NCBI RefSeq assembly: GCF_024509035.1
Contig: NZ_JANINT010000014.1
Coordinates: 363-64,362, forward strand
Length of the DNA: 64,000 bases
Reading direction: 5' to 3'
Source of the DNA: Nocardioides sp.
Lineage (GTDB): Bacteria > Actinomycetota > Actinomycetes > Propionibacteriales > Nocardioidaceae
Shown here: positions 53,676 to 63,663 of the stretch, in pieces
How the letters are laid out: each line of letters begins with the position of its first letter
Numbering within the stretch: the first letter of the stretch is position 1
Notes under the pieces: model-generated
Database searches by the model: none
What the model was told of the DNA's origin: nothing
What the model saw: the letters and a program-made list of their open reading frames with translations, nothing else
Made by a program: the position numbers and the translations under genes

Positions 53676-54455
53676 TCACGCGTCCAGCGACTCCAGCACG
53701 TCGTCGGGGATGTCGGCGTTGGTGAAGACGTTCTGCACGTCGTCGAGGTCGTCGAGCACGTCGACGAGACGGAAGACCTTGCCGGCGACGTCGGGCTCGG
53801 CGACCGGGATGTCGAGGGTCGCGACGAACTGGACCTCGGCGGAGTCGTAGTCGATGCCCGCCGCCTGGAGGGCCGTGCGGACCGCGACGACGTCGGAGGC
53901 CTCCGACTGGATCTCGAAGGTGTCGCCGAGGTCGTCGACCTCCTCCGCGCCCGCGTCGAGCGTCGTCTCGAGGATGTCGTCCTCGGTGATCTCCCAGGGC
54001 TTGCCGCCGCGCTCCTGGGCCTTCTCGACCACCACGACGCCCTTGCGCGTGAACAGGCGCGACACCGAACCCGGGTCGGCCATCGTGCCGCCGTTGCGGG
54101 TGACCGCGGTGCGGACCTCCATGGCCGCGCGGTTGCGGTTGTCGGTGAGGCACTCGACCAGCAGCGCGACACCCTGCGGGCCGTACACCTCGTACATGAT
54201 CGTCTCGTAGTCGACGCCGCCGCTCTCGAGACCGCCGCCGCGCTTGACCGCGGAGTCGATGTTCTTGTTCGGGACCGACTGCTTCTTCGCCTTCTGGATG
54301 GCGTCGTAGAGCGTCGGGTTGCCCGCAGGGTCGGGGCCGCCCATCTTCGCCGCGATCTCGATGTTCTTGATCAGCTTGGCGAACAGCTTGCCGCGCTTGG
54401 CGTCGATCGCGGCCTTCTTGTGCTTCGTGGTCGCCCACTTGGAGTGGCCAGACAT
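53676..54455 (-). CDS. yebC: YebC/PmpR family protein
   Basis: [30 protein letters not shown] and DDVQNVF motifs. Confidence 0.96.
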   Translation of the reverse strand: MSGHSKWATTKHKKAAIDAKRGKLFAKLIKNIEIAAKMGGPDPAGNPTLYDAIQKAKKQSVPNKNIDSAVKRGGGLESGGVDYETIMYEVYGPQGVALLVECLTDNRNRAAMEVRTAVTRNGGTMADPGSVSRLFTRKGVVVVEKAQERGGKPWEITEDDILETTLDAGAEEVDDLGDTFEIQSEASDVVAVRTALQAAGIDYDSAEVQFVATLDIPVAEPDVAGKVFRLVDVLDDLDDVQNVFTNADIPDDVLESLDA

Positions 54456-54462
54456 GACGTTC

Positions 54463-55083
54463 CTATCTCTCCTCGGTGACCAGGTCGACGAACAGGCGGT
54501 GGACCCGGGAGTCGCCACCCACCTCGGGGTGGAACGACGTCGCCATCAGCGAACCCTGACGGACCGCGACGATCCTACCCGCGGCGGGGCCCTGCTCCAC
54601 ACGTGCCAGCACCTCGACGGACTCCCCCGCGGCCTCGACCCACGGCGCCCGGATGAAGATCGCGTGCACAGGCGCATCGAGGCCGGCGACGTCGATGTCG
54701 CCCTCGAAGGAGTCGACCTGGCGGCCGAAGGCGTTGCGCCGCACGGTGATGTCGAGCCCGCCGAGGGTCTCTTGGTCGTGGGCGCCGTCCTCGATCCGGT
54801 CGGCGAGCAGGATCATGCCGGCGCAGGTGCCGAACGCCGGCATGCCCTCCTTGATCCGCTGGCGGATCGGTTCGAACAGGTCGAACGTGCGCGCCAGCTT
54901 GGCCATCGTGGTCGACTCCCCACCGGGGATCACCAGTCCGTGGCACGCCTCGAGCTCGGAGGTACGCCGCACGGTGGTGGCCCGCACGCCCAGCTCCTCG
55001 AGCGTCCGTACGTGCTCGCGGACGTCGCCCTGGACGGCGAGGACGCCGATCGTGGGAGCGGCCGCTGGTGAGAACGAGGTCAC
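54463..55083 (-). CDS. pdxT: pyridoxal 5'-phosphate synthase glutaminase subunit
   Basis: GVLAVQG, PGGESTT, FGTCAG, RNAFGRQ and FHPE motifs. Confidence 0.96.
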   Translation of the reverse strand: MTSFSPAAAPTIGVLAVQGDVREHVRTLEELGVRATTVRRTSELEACHGLVIPGGESTTMAKLARTFDLFEPIRQRIKEGMPAFGTCAGMILLADRIEDGAHDQETLGGLDITVRRNAFGRQVDSFEGDIDVAGLDAPVHAIFIRAPWVEAAGESVEVLARVEQGPAAGRIVAVRQGSLMATSFHPEVGGDSRVHRLFVDLVTEER

Positions 55084-55126
55084 GACCGTCCATCCTAGGG
55101 ACTGCGATGGCCCTACCCTCATCGAC

Positions 55127-56293
55127 GTGAGGACCGTCCTGGCCGCCGTCGTCGCGAGCTCCCTCCTGGTCGCGGTCGCGAGCGCGCCCTCAGGTGCCAC
55201 CGACACACCGGGCGCCGCGAAGCCGAGGACCGTTGACGGCTGGTCGACGACCACGCCGGCGCAGGCCGGGTTCCTCCCCCGCCGCCTGTCCCGCGTCGCG
55301 GCGGACGCGAAGGCGGAGCAGAGCAGCTGCCTGGCGGTGGTCCGCGACGGGAAGCTCGTCGCGGACTGGAACTGGGGCACCCCGCGCACGGCGGCACGCC
55401 AGGTCTTCTCGGTCACCAAGTCGATCGCCAGCGCGCTGGTCGGCATCGCGGTGCGCGACGGCGACCTCGATGTCGACGACCCGGTCGCCGACTACGTGCC
55501 GTCCTGGCGCGGCACCGACTCGGCTGACGTCACGGTCCGCGACCTGTTGAGCAACACCAGCGGCCGCTTCTGGTCGGTCGACAGCGACTACACCCAGCTC
55601 ACGCACGCGCCCGACCGCACGGCGTACGCCGTCGGTCTGGAGCAGCAGTTCCCGCGCGGCACCGTGTGGGCCTACAACAACGCGGCGATCCAGGTGCTCG
55701 ACCGGGTCATCCGTCGGGCGACCGGGCGGGCCACCTACCGCTTCGCGACCGACCGCCTCTTCGAGCCACTCGGCATGACGCACACGTTCATGACGCGCGA
55801 CCAGAGCGGGCACTCGACCAACGTCTACTTCGGCGCGTTCACGACCTGCCTCGACCTGGCCCGCTTCGCGCAGCTGTATCTCCGGCGCGGAGTCGTCGGC
55901 GGCGAGCGGATCGTGTCGAAGGCGTGGGTGCGCCAGTCGACGGGCCGGTCCTCCTCGGAGCTCAACGCGGCGTACGGCTACCTGTGGTGGGTGAACCGGT
56001 ACGGCGCGCTGCGCGGCTCGCTGGACCCCGTCGACGAGGACGGGCAGCCCCTCGAGACGCACGTCGGTCGGCTGGTCCCGGAGGCCGCGGGGTCGCTGTA
56101 CTCCGCGATCGGGCTCGGGGGCCAGATCGCCATGGTCGACCCAGGCAGCCGCACGATCGTCGTGCGCCTCGGCCCGTCGAACGGCGACGGCTTCGGTCTC
56201 CGTGACGCCGCCCGGGTCGTGACCTGGGCGGACGCGGCGGCTACCAGCCCCGCTCGGCGAGCCGGTGCGGCTGGGGGATCTCCTCGACGTTGA
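55127..56293 (+). CDS. secreted serine hydrolase, beta-lactamase/class C-like fold
   Basis: Signal peptide, FSVTK (SxxK), YNN (YxN), YGYLWW, G.GGQ. Start GTG 55127 follows -10 TACCCT. Confidence 0.85.
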   Translation: MRTVLAAVVASSLLVAVASAPSGATDTPGAAKPRTVDGWSTTTPAQAGFLPRRLSRVAADAKAEQSSCLAVVRDGKLVADWNWGTPRTAARQVFSVTKSIASALVGIAVRDGDLDVDDPVADYVPSWRGTDSADVTVRDLLSNTSGRFWSVDSDYTQLTHAPDRTAYAVGLEQQFPRGTVWAYNNAAIQVLDRVIRRATGRATYRFATDRLFEPLGMTHTFMTRDQSGHSTNVYFGAFTTCLDLARFAQLYLRRGVVGGERIVSKAWVRQSTGRSSSELNAAYGYLWWVNRYGALRGSLDPVDEDGQPLETHVGRLVPEAAGSLYSAIGLGGQIAMVDPGSRTIVVRLGPSNGDGFGLRDAARVVTWADAAATSPARRAGAAGGSPRR

Positions 56294-57161
56294 TGCCGAC
56301 CATGGCCTCACCGAGGCCACGGGAGACCTTGGCGACCACGTCGGGGTCGTCGTGGAAGGTCGTGGCCTTCACGATCGCCTCGGCCCGCTGGGCGGGGTTG
56401 CCGGACTTGAAGATGCCCGAGCCCACGAACACGCCCTCGGCGCCGAGCTGCATCATCATCGCCGCATCGGCCGGGGTGGCGATGCCGCCGGCGGTGAACA
56501 GCACGACCGGGAGCTTGCCGGACTCGGCGACCTCCTTGACCAGGTCGTAGGGTGCCTGGAGCTCCTTGGCCGCCACGAACAGCTCGTCGCCCTCGAGAGC
56601 ACCGAGCCGGCGGATCTCGCGGCGGGTCGTGCGCATGTGGGTCACGGCGTTGGACACGTCACCCGTGCCCGCCTCACCCTTCGAGCGGATCATCGCCGCA
56701 CCCTCGGTGATGCGCCGCAGCGCCTCGCCCAGGTTGGTCGCGCCGCACACGAACGGCACGGTGAAGGCCCACTTGTCGATGTGGTTCTCGTAGTCGGCCG
56801 GCGTGAGCACCTCGGACTCGTCGATGTAGTCGACACCGAGCGCCTGCAGCACCTGCGCCTCGGCGAAGTGGCCGATGCGAGCCTTCGCCATCACCGGGAT
56901 CGAGACCGCCTCGATGATCCCGTCGATCATGTCGGGGTCGCTCATCCGCGAGACGCCACCCTGCGCCCGGATGTCGGCGGGCACGCGCTCGAGCGCCATG
57001 ACCGCGACGGCGCCGGCGTCCTCGGCGATCTTCGCCTGCTCGGGGGTGACCACGTCCATGATCACGCCTCCCTTGAGCATCTCGGCCATGCCGCGCTTGA
57101 CGCGGGTGGTGCCGGTGGTGGGAGTGCTGGCGCTGCTGTCAGGAGTGGGGCTGTCGACCAT
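56241..57161 (-). CDS. pdxS: pyridoxal 5'-phosphate synthase lyase subunit
   Basis: [25 protein letters not shown] and [11 protein letters not shown] motifs. Confidence 0.97.
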   Translation of the reverse strand: MVDSPTPDSSASTPTTGTTRVKRGMAEMLKGGVIMDVVTPEQAKIAEDAGAVAVMALERVPADIRAQGGVSRMSDPDMIDGIIEAVSIPVMAKARIGHFAEAQVLQALGVDYIDESEVLTPADYENHIDKWAFTVPFVCGATNLGEALRRITEGAAMIRSKGEAGTGDVSNAVTHMRTTRREIRRLGALEGDELFVAAKELQAPYDLVKEVAESGKLPVVLFTAGGIATPADAAMMMQLGAEGVFVGSGIFKSGNPAQRAEAIVKATTFHDDPDVVAKVSRGLGEAMVGINVEEIPQPHRLAERGW

Positions 57162-57164
57162 GCG

Positions 57165-57785
57165 TCAGATCGTAGTGCTGGCCTCGGCCAGTGCTTGCTT
57201 CCGTACCACCCACACGCGCTGCCCCACCGTGATCGTGGAGGCGATCGCCAGCGCCCACAGCGCGATGTAGAGCAGTACCGGCAGGTCGAAGATCGCACTC
57301 AGGCCGGTCATCACCAAGATGGCGACCAGCCGGTCGGCGCGCTCGGCGATGCCCACCTTGACCGAGAAGCCGAGCGTCTCGCCTCGCGAACGGGCGTACG
57401 ACGTCACCGCGCCCATCAGCAGGCAGACCAGGCTCAGCACCAGGTAGAGCCGGCTGGGCTCCTCCCAGGCGAAGTACAGCGCGAGCCCGATGAAGATCGC
57501 GCCGTCGCCGATACGGTCGAGGGTGGAGTCCCAGAACGCCCCGAACTTGCTGACCCGGCCCGAGGTCCGCGCCATGTAACCGTCGAGCAGATCGCTGAAC
57601 ACGAAGGCGGTGATCACGAGCACACCCGTCAGCAACATCCCCTGCGGGAAGAAGACGAGTGCGCCTGCGGCCACGCCGAGCGTGCCGACGAAGGTCACGG
57701 CGTCGGGGCTGACGCCCAGCCTGAGGAGCAGGTGGGCGATCGGCGAGAGGACCTTGGTCCAGAAGGCGCGGAAACGTTCGAGCAT
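57165..57785 (-). CDS. pgsA: CDP-alcohol phosphatidyltransferase (phosphatidylinositol-phosphate synthase type)
   Basis: DLLDGYMAR......FGAFWDSTLDRIGD motif, SYARSR, ERADR. Confidence 0.88.
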   Translation of the reverse strand: MLERFRAFWTKVLSPIAHLLLRLGVSPDAVTFVGTLGVAAGALVFFPQGMLLTGVLVITAFVFSDLLDGYMARTSGRVSKFGAFWDSTLDRIGDGAIFIGLALYFAWEEPSRLYLVLSLVCLLMGAVTSYARSRGETLGFSVKVGIAERADRLVAILVMTGLSAIFDLPVLLYIALWALAIASTITVGQRVWVVRKQALAEASTTI

Positions 57786-57803
57786 GGCGGCAGCAGGCTA
57801 CCG

Positions 57804-58679
57804 TCAGTCGGCGGTGGAGTCGGCCACGGCCTTGCGGGCCGGGAGCAGGTGGAAGATCGTCCAGTAGAGGATGCCGATCATCACTCCTCCGCCGACGATG
57901 TTGCCGAGCGTGACCGGCAGCAGGTTGTCGGCGAGGAACGACGACCAGGTCAGGTCGCCGTACGAGCCGGCGTCGAGGCCGCTGGCCGACCAGAAGTCTG
58001 CGCCCGCGTGGTCCTTGATCAGCAGGCCCAGCGGGATCATGAACATGTTCGCGACGGAGTGCTCGAAGCCGGTGGCGACGAACAACGCGATCGGCAGCGT
58101 CACCGCGAGGATCTTGTCGGTCGTGGTCCGACCGGAGTAGGCCGCCCACACCGCCAGGCAGACCATCAGGTTGCAGAGGATCCCGAGCACGAACGCCTCG
58201 ACGAACGTGTGCTGCACCTTGTGCAGCGAGGTGTCGAGGACCACGGCACCCCAGGCACCGTCGGCGTTGTGCCACGTCCCCGCGAGGTAGATCAGGCCCA
58301 CGATCGTGAGCGCGCCGGCGAAGTTCGCGACGTAGACGATCGCCCAGTTGATGGCCAGCTGCCGCCAGGTGATGCGGCCACTGGCCCGGGCGACCAAGGT
58401 CAGCGTCGAGCTCGTGAACAGCTCCGCACCGGTGAGGACGACCAGCACCAGGCCGGTGGAGAAGACCAGCCCGCCGAGCACGCGGGCGACGCCGTACGGC
58501 ATCTCGGCGGCGCCGACCTGGCTCGTGGTGAAGAAGACGAAGCCCAGCGCGATGAACCCGCCGCCGGTGAGCCCGAGGAGCAGGGACTTCAGCGGTCCGG
58601 CGGTGACCTTGCCGAAGGCGGCGTCCTCGGCGGCTTGCGCCATCTGGTCGGGCGAGCGGATCCAGCTCGAGTCGGACAT
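57804..58679 (-). CDS. focA: formate/nitrite transporter (FNT), FocA-like
   Basis: GAELFTS, ASGRITW, NLMVCLAVW, FVATGFEHSVANMFMIP and NLLPVTLGNIVGG closely follow the enterobacterial FocA sequence as recalled. Confidence 0.88.
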   Translation of the reverse strand: MSDSSWIRSPDQMAQAAEDAAFGKVTAGPLKSLLLGLTGGGFIALGFVFFTTSQVGAAEMPYGVARVLGGLVFSTGLVLVVLTGAELFTSSTLTLVARASGRITWRQLAINWAIVYVANFAGALTIVGLIYLAGTWHNADGAWGAVVLDTSLHKVQHTFVEAFVLGILCNLMVCLAVWAAYSGRTTTDKILAVTLPIALFVATGFEHSVANMFMIPLGLLIKDHAGADFWSASGLDAGSYGDLTWSSFLADNLLPVTLGNIVGGGVMIGILYWTIFHLLPARKAVADSTAD

Positions 58680-58802
58680 GGCGGGACCTTCCAGGTCGGT
58701 ACGACGCCGGACGCCGTCACGGCCCGCCGGCCGCGAGCTCGTCGCGAGGCGGCTGCGTGCGGAGCGATCCTACGGAATGTGGGAGCGTGTGCGATGACGG
58801 GG

Positions 58803-59993
58803 TCACGCCGGCTGAGGGACCGCCTGCGGGTGGTCGAGGACCGGCATGAACGCCAGCTCGGCAGCGCCGATCAGCGGTGAGTCGCCGCCCAGCTGCCCGG
58901 CCCGCACGAGGACGTCGTCGCGCGGCATCATCGTGCTGCGCGACATCGCCTCGCGCACCCGGTCCTCCGCCGCTCGCCACACCTGGGCGAGCGAGCCGCC
59001 GAGCACCACGACCTCGGGGTCGAAGAGGTTGGCGATCGCACGCAGGCCCACGCCACACCAGTCGGCGACGTCCGCCACCGCCTCGGCGGCGCGCGCCTCG
59101 CCGGCACTGGCCGCGTGGATGACCTCGGCGACGGCCCGGGGCCCGCCTCCCGGGAGTCGCCCGGCCAGCCGCAGCAGCACGTTCTCGCCGACCTTGGTCT
59201 CCCAGCACCCGACGGCCCCGCAGCGGCACACGGGCCCTTCGGTGTCGACCTGCATGTGGCCGACCTCGCCGGCGTACCCGCGCGCACCGGCGAGGGGCCG
59301 GCCGCCCACGAGGAAGCCACCGCCGATGCCGACGCTGGCGCTCAGGTAGGCCACCTCCGTGAACCCGACCGCCGCGCCCCGGACGTGCTCGGCCAGGACG
59401 CCGAGATCGGCGTCGTTGCCCGTCGCGACGGGCCGGTCGAGCCGCTCGGCCAGCAGGTCGGTGAAGGGCACCTCGACCCAGCCCAGGTTAGGGGCGAACC
59501 GCACGAGTCCGTCGACGGCTCGTACGGCGCCGGGCACCGCGACCCCGACTCCGAGACAGCGCACCGGGTGATCGGCGGCGGCCGCGAGGATCTCCTCCAC
59601 CATCTGGGCGATGGCTTCCACGACGTGGTCGACGTCGTGCTCGCCACGCTGGTGCCCGCGGTCGCGCCGGTGGAGGACCTCACCGCCGAGGCCGACGAGG
59701 GCGACCGCGATGCGGTCCACTCCCACGTCGACCGCGACGACGACGTTGTCCTCCCGCGGCACCACCAGGTGCGAGGGGCGACCGGAGCGCCCACCGACCG
59801 CCGACGTCTCCTCCGAGACCAGCTCCAGGCTCTGCAGCTCGCCGGTGAGCGCACCGATCGTGCTGCGGTTGAGCCCGAGCTGGCGGGTGAGGACCGCGCG
59901 GGTCGTCGGACCACGCGTGTGCACCGTCTGCAGGATCGCGCGCAGGTTCGCGCGTCGCAGCTCGTCGGTGCCGACGCCGGTAGGGGTGGGCAC
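58803..59993 (-). CDS. ROK-family transcriptional repressor (XylR-like)
   Basis: N-terminal HTH, GGRSGRP linker, GNDADLG, GEVGH and CRCG..GCWE motifs. Confidence 0.92.
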   Translation of the reverse strand: MPTPTGVGTDELRRANLRAILQTVHTRGPTTRAVLTRQLGLNRSTIGALTGELQSLELVSEETSAVGGRSGRPSHLVVPREDNVVVAVDVGVDRIAVALVGLGGEVLHRRDRGHQRGEHDVDHVVEAIAQMVEEILAAAADHPVRCLGVGVAVPGAVRAVDGLVRFAPNLGWVEVPFTDLLAERLDRPVATGNDADLGVLAEHVRGAAVGFTEVAYLSASVGIGGGFLVGGRPLAGARGYAGEVGHMQVDTEGPVCRCGAVGCWETKVGENVLLRLAGRLPGGGPRAVAEVIHAASAGEARAAEAVADVADWCGVGLRAIANLFDPEVVVLGGSLAQVWRAAEDRVREAMSRSTMMPRDDVLVRAGQLGGDSPLIGAAELAFMPVLDHPQAVPQPA

Positions 59994-60005
59994 GCCTGTC
60001 TCCTG

Positions 60006-61265
60006 TCAGAAGCGACCGGACGCAGCGGCGCGGCGACGGCTGATCGCGTCGACGCTCGCAGCCACGAGCAGCACCAGTCCGGTGACCATGTACTTCCGGC
60101 TGTCGGGCTGGTTCATCAGTCCCATGCCGTTCGCGATCACCGCGACCACTGTGCCACCGATGAGGGCGTCGATGACGCGGCCCTTGCCGCCGAAGAGGCT
60201 CGTGCCGCCGATGACGGCGGCACCCACCGCGTAGAGGAGTGTGGTGGTCCCACCGGTCACGTTGTTCACGCCGCCGCTGAAGCTCGCGAGCATGATGCCG
60301 CCGGCTGCCGCCACCGTGGACCCGACCATGAAGCAGCTGAGCTGGATCATCGGGACGTTGATGCCCGCCCGGCGCGCGGCCTCGGCGTTGCCGCCGACGG
60401 CGTACACGTGGCTGCCCCACTTGGTCCGGCTGAGCAGCGCACTGAGCACGAGAGCGATCCCGATGATGATGAGCAGTGCGATCGGCACGCCCTTGATCGA
60501 CTTGATGTGCGCGTTGGGGCTGCGCTCGATCGACAGGTAGTAGACGATCAGGCCGACGATGAGCGCCAGGAAACCCGACTTCAACGCCCAGAGGAGCATC
60601 GGCTGCGCCGTCAGGCCGTGGCGGCGCCGACGACGGTTGCTCAGCCAGGTCAGGCCCGCGTAGGCACCGACGAGGACGGCCGCGATGACCCAGCCGAGCC
60701 AGACGGGGATCGTCTCGCTGTTGAGCTTCGCCACGAAGTCGCCGGAGTCGATCGACCCCTTCTCGCCGATGATGGACAGCATGACGCCCTGCAGCGCGAG
60801 GAACAGCGCCAACGTCACGACGAACGACGGGACGCCGAGCCGGGAGACGATCAGCCCGATGAAGGTGCCGATCACCATGCCGGTGACCAGACAGGCGAGG
60901 ATCCCCAACGGGGTCGACCAGCCATGGTTGGTGAGCAGCGAGGACATCACGGCCGCGGAGACGCCGCCCGTGTAGCCCGCCGCCAGGTCGATCTCACCGA
61001 GCAGCAGCACGAAGACCATCCCCATCGCGATGATGGTGACTCCCGCGGACTGCTGGATCAGGTTGCCGAAGTTGAAGGCCTTGGTGAAGGTCTCCGGACG
61101 GAGGACGGAGAAGGCGGTGACGAGCACAAGGAGTCCGAGGACGGCTGGGAGCGACCCGACGTCGCCGCCCCGGAGCTTGGCGAGGTAGTCCTTCCAGAGG
61201 CTGACGACCGTGGCGCGGCTGGGCGCGTCGTGCATCTGCTGGCTCTCGTCGGTGGTGACGCTCAT
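60006..61265 (-). CDS. monosaccharide ABC permease (XylH-like)
   Basis: GEIDL, YAVGGNAEAARRAGIN, AVIGGTSLFGGKG. Confidence 0.92.
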   Translation of the reverse strand: MSVTTDESQQMHDAPSRATVVSLWKDYLAKLRGGDVGSLPAVLGLLVLVTAFSVLRPETFTKAFNFGNLIQQSAGVTIIAMGMVFVLLLGEIDLAAGYTGGVSAAVMSSLLTNHGWSTPLGILACLVTGMVIGTFIGLIVSRLGVPSFVVTLALFLALQGVMLSIIGEKGSIDSGDFVAKLNSETIPVWLGWVIAAVLVGAYAGLTWLSNRRRRRHGLTAQPMLLWALKSGFLALIVGLIVYYLSIERSPNAHIKSIKGVPIALLIIIGIALVLSALLSRTKWGSHVYAVGGNAEAARRAGINVPMIQLSCFMVGSTVAAAGGIMLASFSGGVNNVTGGTTTLLYAVGAAVIGGTSLFGGKGRVIDALIGGTVVAVIANGMGLMNQPDSRKYMVTGLVLLVAASVDAISRRRAAASGRF

Positions 61266-62020
61266 GCCGCATCCCCCTCGTTCACGTTGCCGGTCGTGAT
61301 CGCCTGGACGATCCGCTCACGGTTGGTGCTGTTGGCCTCCACCTGCCCGACCATCTGGCCGAGGTAGAGGACCGCGATGTCGTCGGCCACCTGGAAGACC
61401 TCGTTGAGGTTGTGGCTGATCAGCACGACCCCCAGGCCGCGGTCGGCGAGCCTGCGGACCAGCTTGAGGACCTGCTCGGTCTGCGCGACACCCAGCGCGG
61501 CGGTCGGCTCGTCGAGGATGACGATCTTGGAGTTCCAGAGCACGGCGCGCGCGATCGCGACCGTCTGCCGCTGGCCGCCCGAGAGGGCGGCGACGTGCGT
61601 GCGCACCGACTGGAGCGTGCGGACGGAGAGCCCGTCGAGCGTCTCGCGGGCGCGAGACTCCATCGTGTCCTCGTCGACCAGGCCGTTCTTGGTCAGCTCG
61701 CGGCCGAGGAACATGTTGTGGACGACGTCCAGGTTGTCGCACAGGGCGAGGTCCTGGTAGACGACCTCGATACCGAGGTCGTTCGCGTCCTTGGGCGAGT
61801 GCACCTTCACGTGCTCGCCCTCGAAGGAGTACTCCCCTTCGTCGAAGGGGTAGATGCCGGCGATCCCCTTGATCAACGTGCTCTTGCCGGCGCCGTTGTC
61901 GCCGACCAGGGCGGTCACGCGGCCGGGCCGTACCGTCAGGTCGACGCCGTGCAGCACGTGCACGGCACCGAAGCTCTTATGAACACCGCGCAGCTCCAGC
62001 AGCGGCTCTCCACTCGACAT
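61262..62020 (-). CDS. monosaccharide ABC ATP-binding protein (single domain)
   Basis: GDNGAGKST, VYQDLAL, LSGGQRQ, LDEPTAAL, ISHN. Confidence 0.93.
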   Translation of the reverse strand: MSSGEPLLELRGVHKSFGAVHVLHGVDLTVRPGRVTALVGDNGAGKSTLIKGIAGIYPFDEGEYSFEGEHVKVHSPKDANDLGIEVVYQDLALCDNLDVVHNMFLGRELTKNGLVDEDTMESRARETLDGLSVRTLQSVRTHVAALSGGQRQTVAIARAVLWNSKIVILDEPTAALGVAQTEQVLKLVRRLADRGLGVVLISHNLNEVFQVADDIAVLYLGQMVGQVEANSTNRERIVQAITTGNVNEGDAA

Positions 62021-62050
62021 GCCTCACCCTCCCGGGGGTTCGATCGTGAG

Positions 62051-62082
62051 GCGGGGGCCCGCCCAGTCGGACGGGCCCCCGC
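62051..62082. terminator. hairpin after the sugar-binding protein gene
   Basis: 11-bp arms gcgggggcccg / cgggcccccgc. Confidence 0.6.
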
Positions 62083-62113
62083 GGTTTCAAGCTGTCAGAC
62101 GACCGCTACGCGA

Positions 62114-63247
62114 TCACGAGACCCCGTACTTCGTGCAGAGCTTCTCGATGCCCTTGCAGATGTCCGCCGCGTTGGCCTGGCCGGCCGCGACGACGTCCTT
62201 GACGGTGTCGGCGGTGATCCAGACCGGGGTGGCGAGCACCGACGGGACGTCGACGCCGAGCTCGGAGTCGTTGACCGTGGCGGTCGCGATCGAGGCCGGG
62301 TCCTCACCCTTGATGATCGCGATCGCCAGGTCGGCTGCTGCCTTCGCCTCGAGCGAGGTGTCCTTGAAGACGGTGCCGGCCTGGTAGCCCTGCAGCACGT
62401 TGGCCAGACCCTCGGCCGTCGCGTCCTGACCGGTCACGAGGATCTTGCCCTCGACGCCCGCGGACTTCATGCGGGCGATGACGCCGCCGGCCATGCCGTC
62501 GTTGGCCGTGACCAGACCGACGAGGTCCGGGTGCTGGGCGTAGAACCCGTCGAAGACCTTGCCCGCGGTGTCCGGGTCCCAGTCACCGGTCTGGTCGGCG
62601 ACGACCGTGAAGCTGCCGTCGTCCTTGATGACCTGCTCGTAACCCTGCTTGAACAGCGTGGCGTTGTTGTCGGTCGCCGCGCCGTTGATGAAGGCGATGT
62701 TGCCCTTGTCGGTGCCCTTCGCCTTGAGAGCGTCGATGAGGCCCTGGCCCTGCAGCGCGCCGACCTTCACGTTGTCGAACGACACGTAGTAGTCAGCGCC
62801 ACCGCCGAGGGTGAGGCGGTCGTAGTCGATGACCGCGACGCCCGCGTTCTTGGCCTTGTCGATGCAGGCCTTGCCCGAGTCGGGGTCGAGGTCGGTCTCG
62901 ATGAGCACCTGGACGCCCTCATTGATCATCTGGTCGCAGAGCTGACCGAACGTGTCGGGCGAGCCCTCGGCGTTCTGGATGATCGACTCCAGGCCAGCGG
63001 CCTTGAAGGCGGCCTCGAGGTTCGGGCGGTCCTGGGTCTCCCAGCGGACCGAGGACTTCGAGTCCGGAAGGATGACGCCGACCTTGCCGGTGGTCTCCGG
63101 CGCGGTGGACTCGCTGGTGTCGCTCGTCTTGTCGCCGCTGCCTTCGTTACCGCCTTCTGAATCGCTTCCGCACGCTGCGAGCGAGCCGAACGCGAGCGCT
63201 CCTACTGCAACGAGAGACGCGAGCCGCGCCCCCTGGATCCTGACCAT
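62114..63247 (-). CDS. sugar ABC substrate-binding lipoprotein (XylF-like)
   Basis: Lipobox LAAC, RWETQDRP, YDRL, YVSFDN..VG..QG and TGQDA motifs. Confidence 0.9.
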   Translation of the reverse strand: MVRIQGARLASLVAVGALAFGSLAACGSDSEGGNEGSGDKTSDTSESTAPETTGKVGVILPDSKSSVRWETQDRPNLEAAFKAAGLESIIQNAEGSPDTFGQLCDQMINEGVQVLIETDLDPDSGKACIDKAKNAGVAVIDYDRLTLGGGADYYVSFDNVKVGALQGQGLIDALKAKGTDKGNIAFINGAATDNNATLFKQGYEQVIKDDGSFTVVADQTGDWDPDTAGKVFDGFYAQHPDLVGLVTANDGMAGGVIARMKSAGVEGKILVTGQDATAEGLANVLQGYQAGTVFKDTSLEAKAAADLAIAIIKGEDPASIATATVNDSELGVDVPSVLATPVWITADTVKDVVAAGQANAADICKGIEKLCTKYGVS

Positions 63248-63278
63248 TCCTCGACCTCCATGGCTTGGCCCCGGACGA

Positions 63279-63318
63279 TGTGACGACCATCACCGGGTAT
63301 GTTGTCGGCGACAACATA
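63279..63318. promoter_or_regulatory. CRP/GlxR-like site followed by ROK operator (module 1)
   Basis: TGTGA-cgacca-TCACC (63279-63294), GGG, then perfect palindrome TATGTT-GTCGGCGAC-AACATA (63298-63318). Confidence 0.7.
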
Positions 63319-63360
63319 GTGAGGACAAGGGACCCCGACAAGGGGACCAAGTGCCCTACT

Positions 63361-63381
63361 TTTGTTGCACGATCAAACTAA
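63361..63381. promoter_or_regulatory. ROK operator-like site
   Basis: TTTGTT-GCACGATCA-AACTAA, with the same GTT-N9-AAC geometry. Confidence 0.6.
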
Positions 63382-63533
63382 GTCGAGGCCCGCCTGCCCG
63401 TGACCGAATCGTGACCGAACGGGCCGCCGGACTAGTCCGCCGACACCTCTCGACGGGCGCATCCCCGCGGGTTTCCGGCGGTTGTGACGGGCGCCATGGA
63501 AATCGATATCGAAAGGGGTCCTCAGACCCGTGA

Positions 63534-63573
63534 CGTGACCGGTGTCACCGGGTATGTTGTGGCCGACAACATT
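63534..63573. promoter_or_regulatory. CRP/GlxR-like site followed by ROK operator (module 2, upstream of xylA)
   Basis: CGTGA-ccggtg-TCACC, GGG, TATGTT-GTGGCCGAC-AACATT. Confidence 0.7.
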
Positions 63574-63663
63574 CCTAGGACCCATGGCTCTACCGCAGCC
63601 ATCGGCGCCCCCGGTTCTGTTGCCGAACCACCCGACATCCTTCCCACCGGAGGCGCCAGCACC

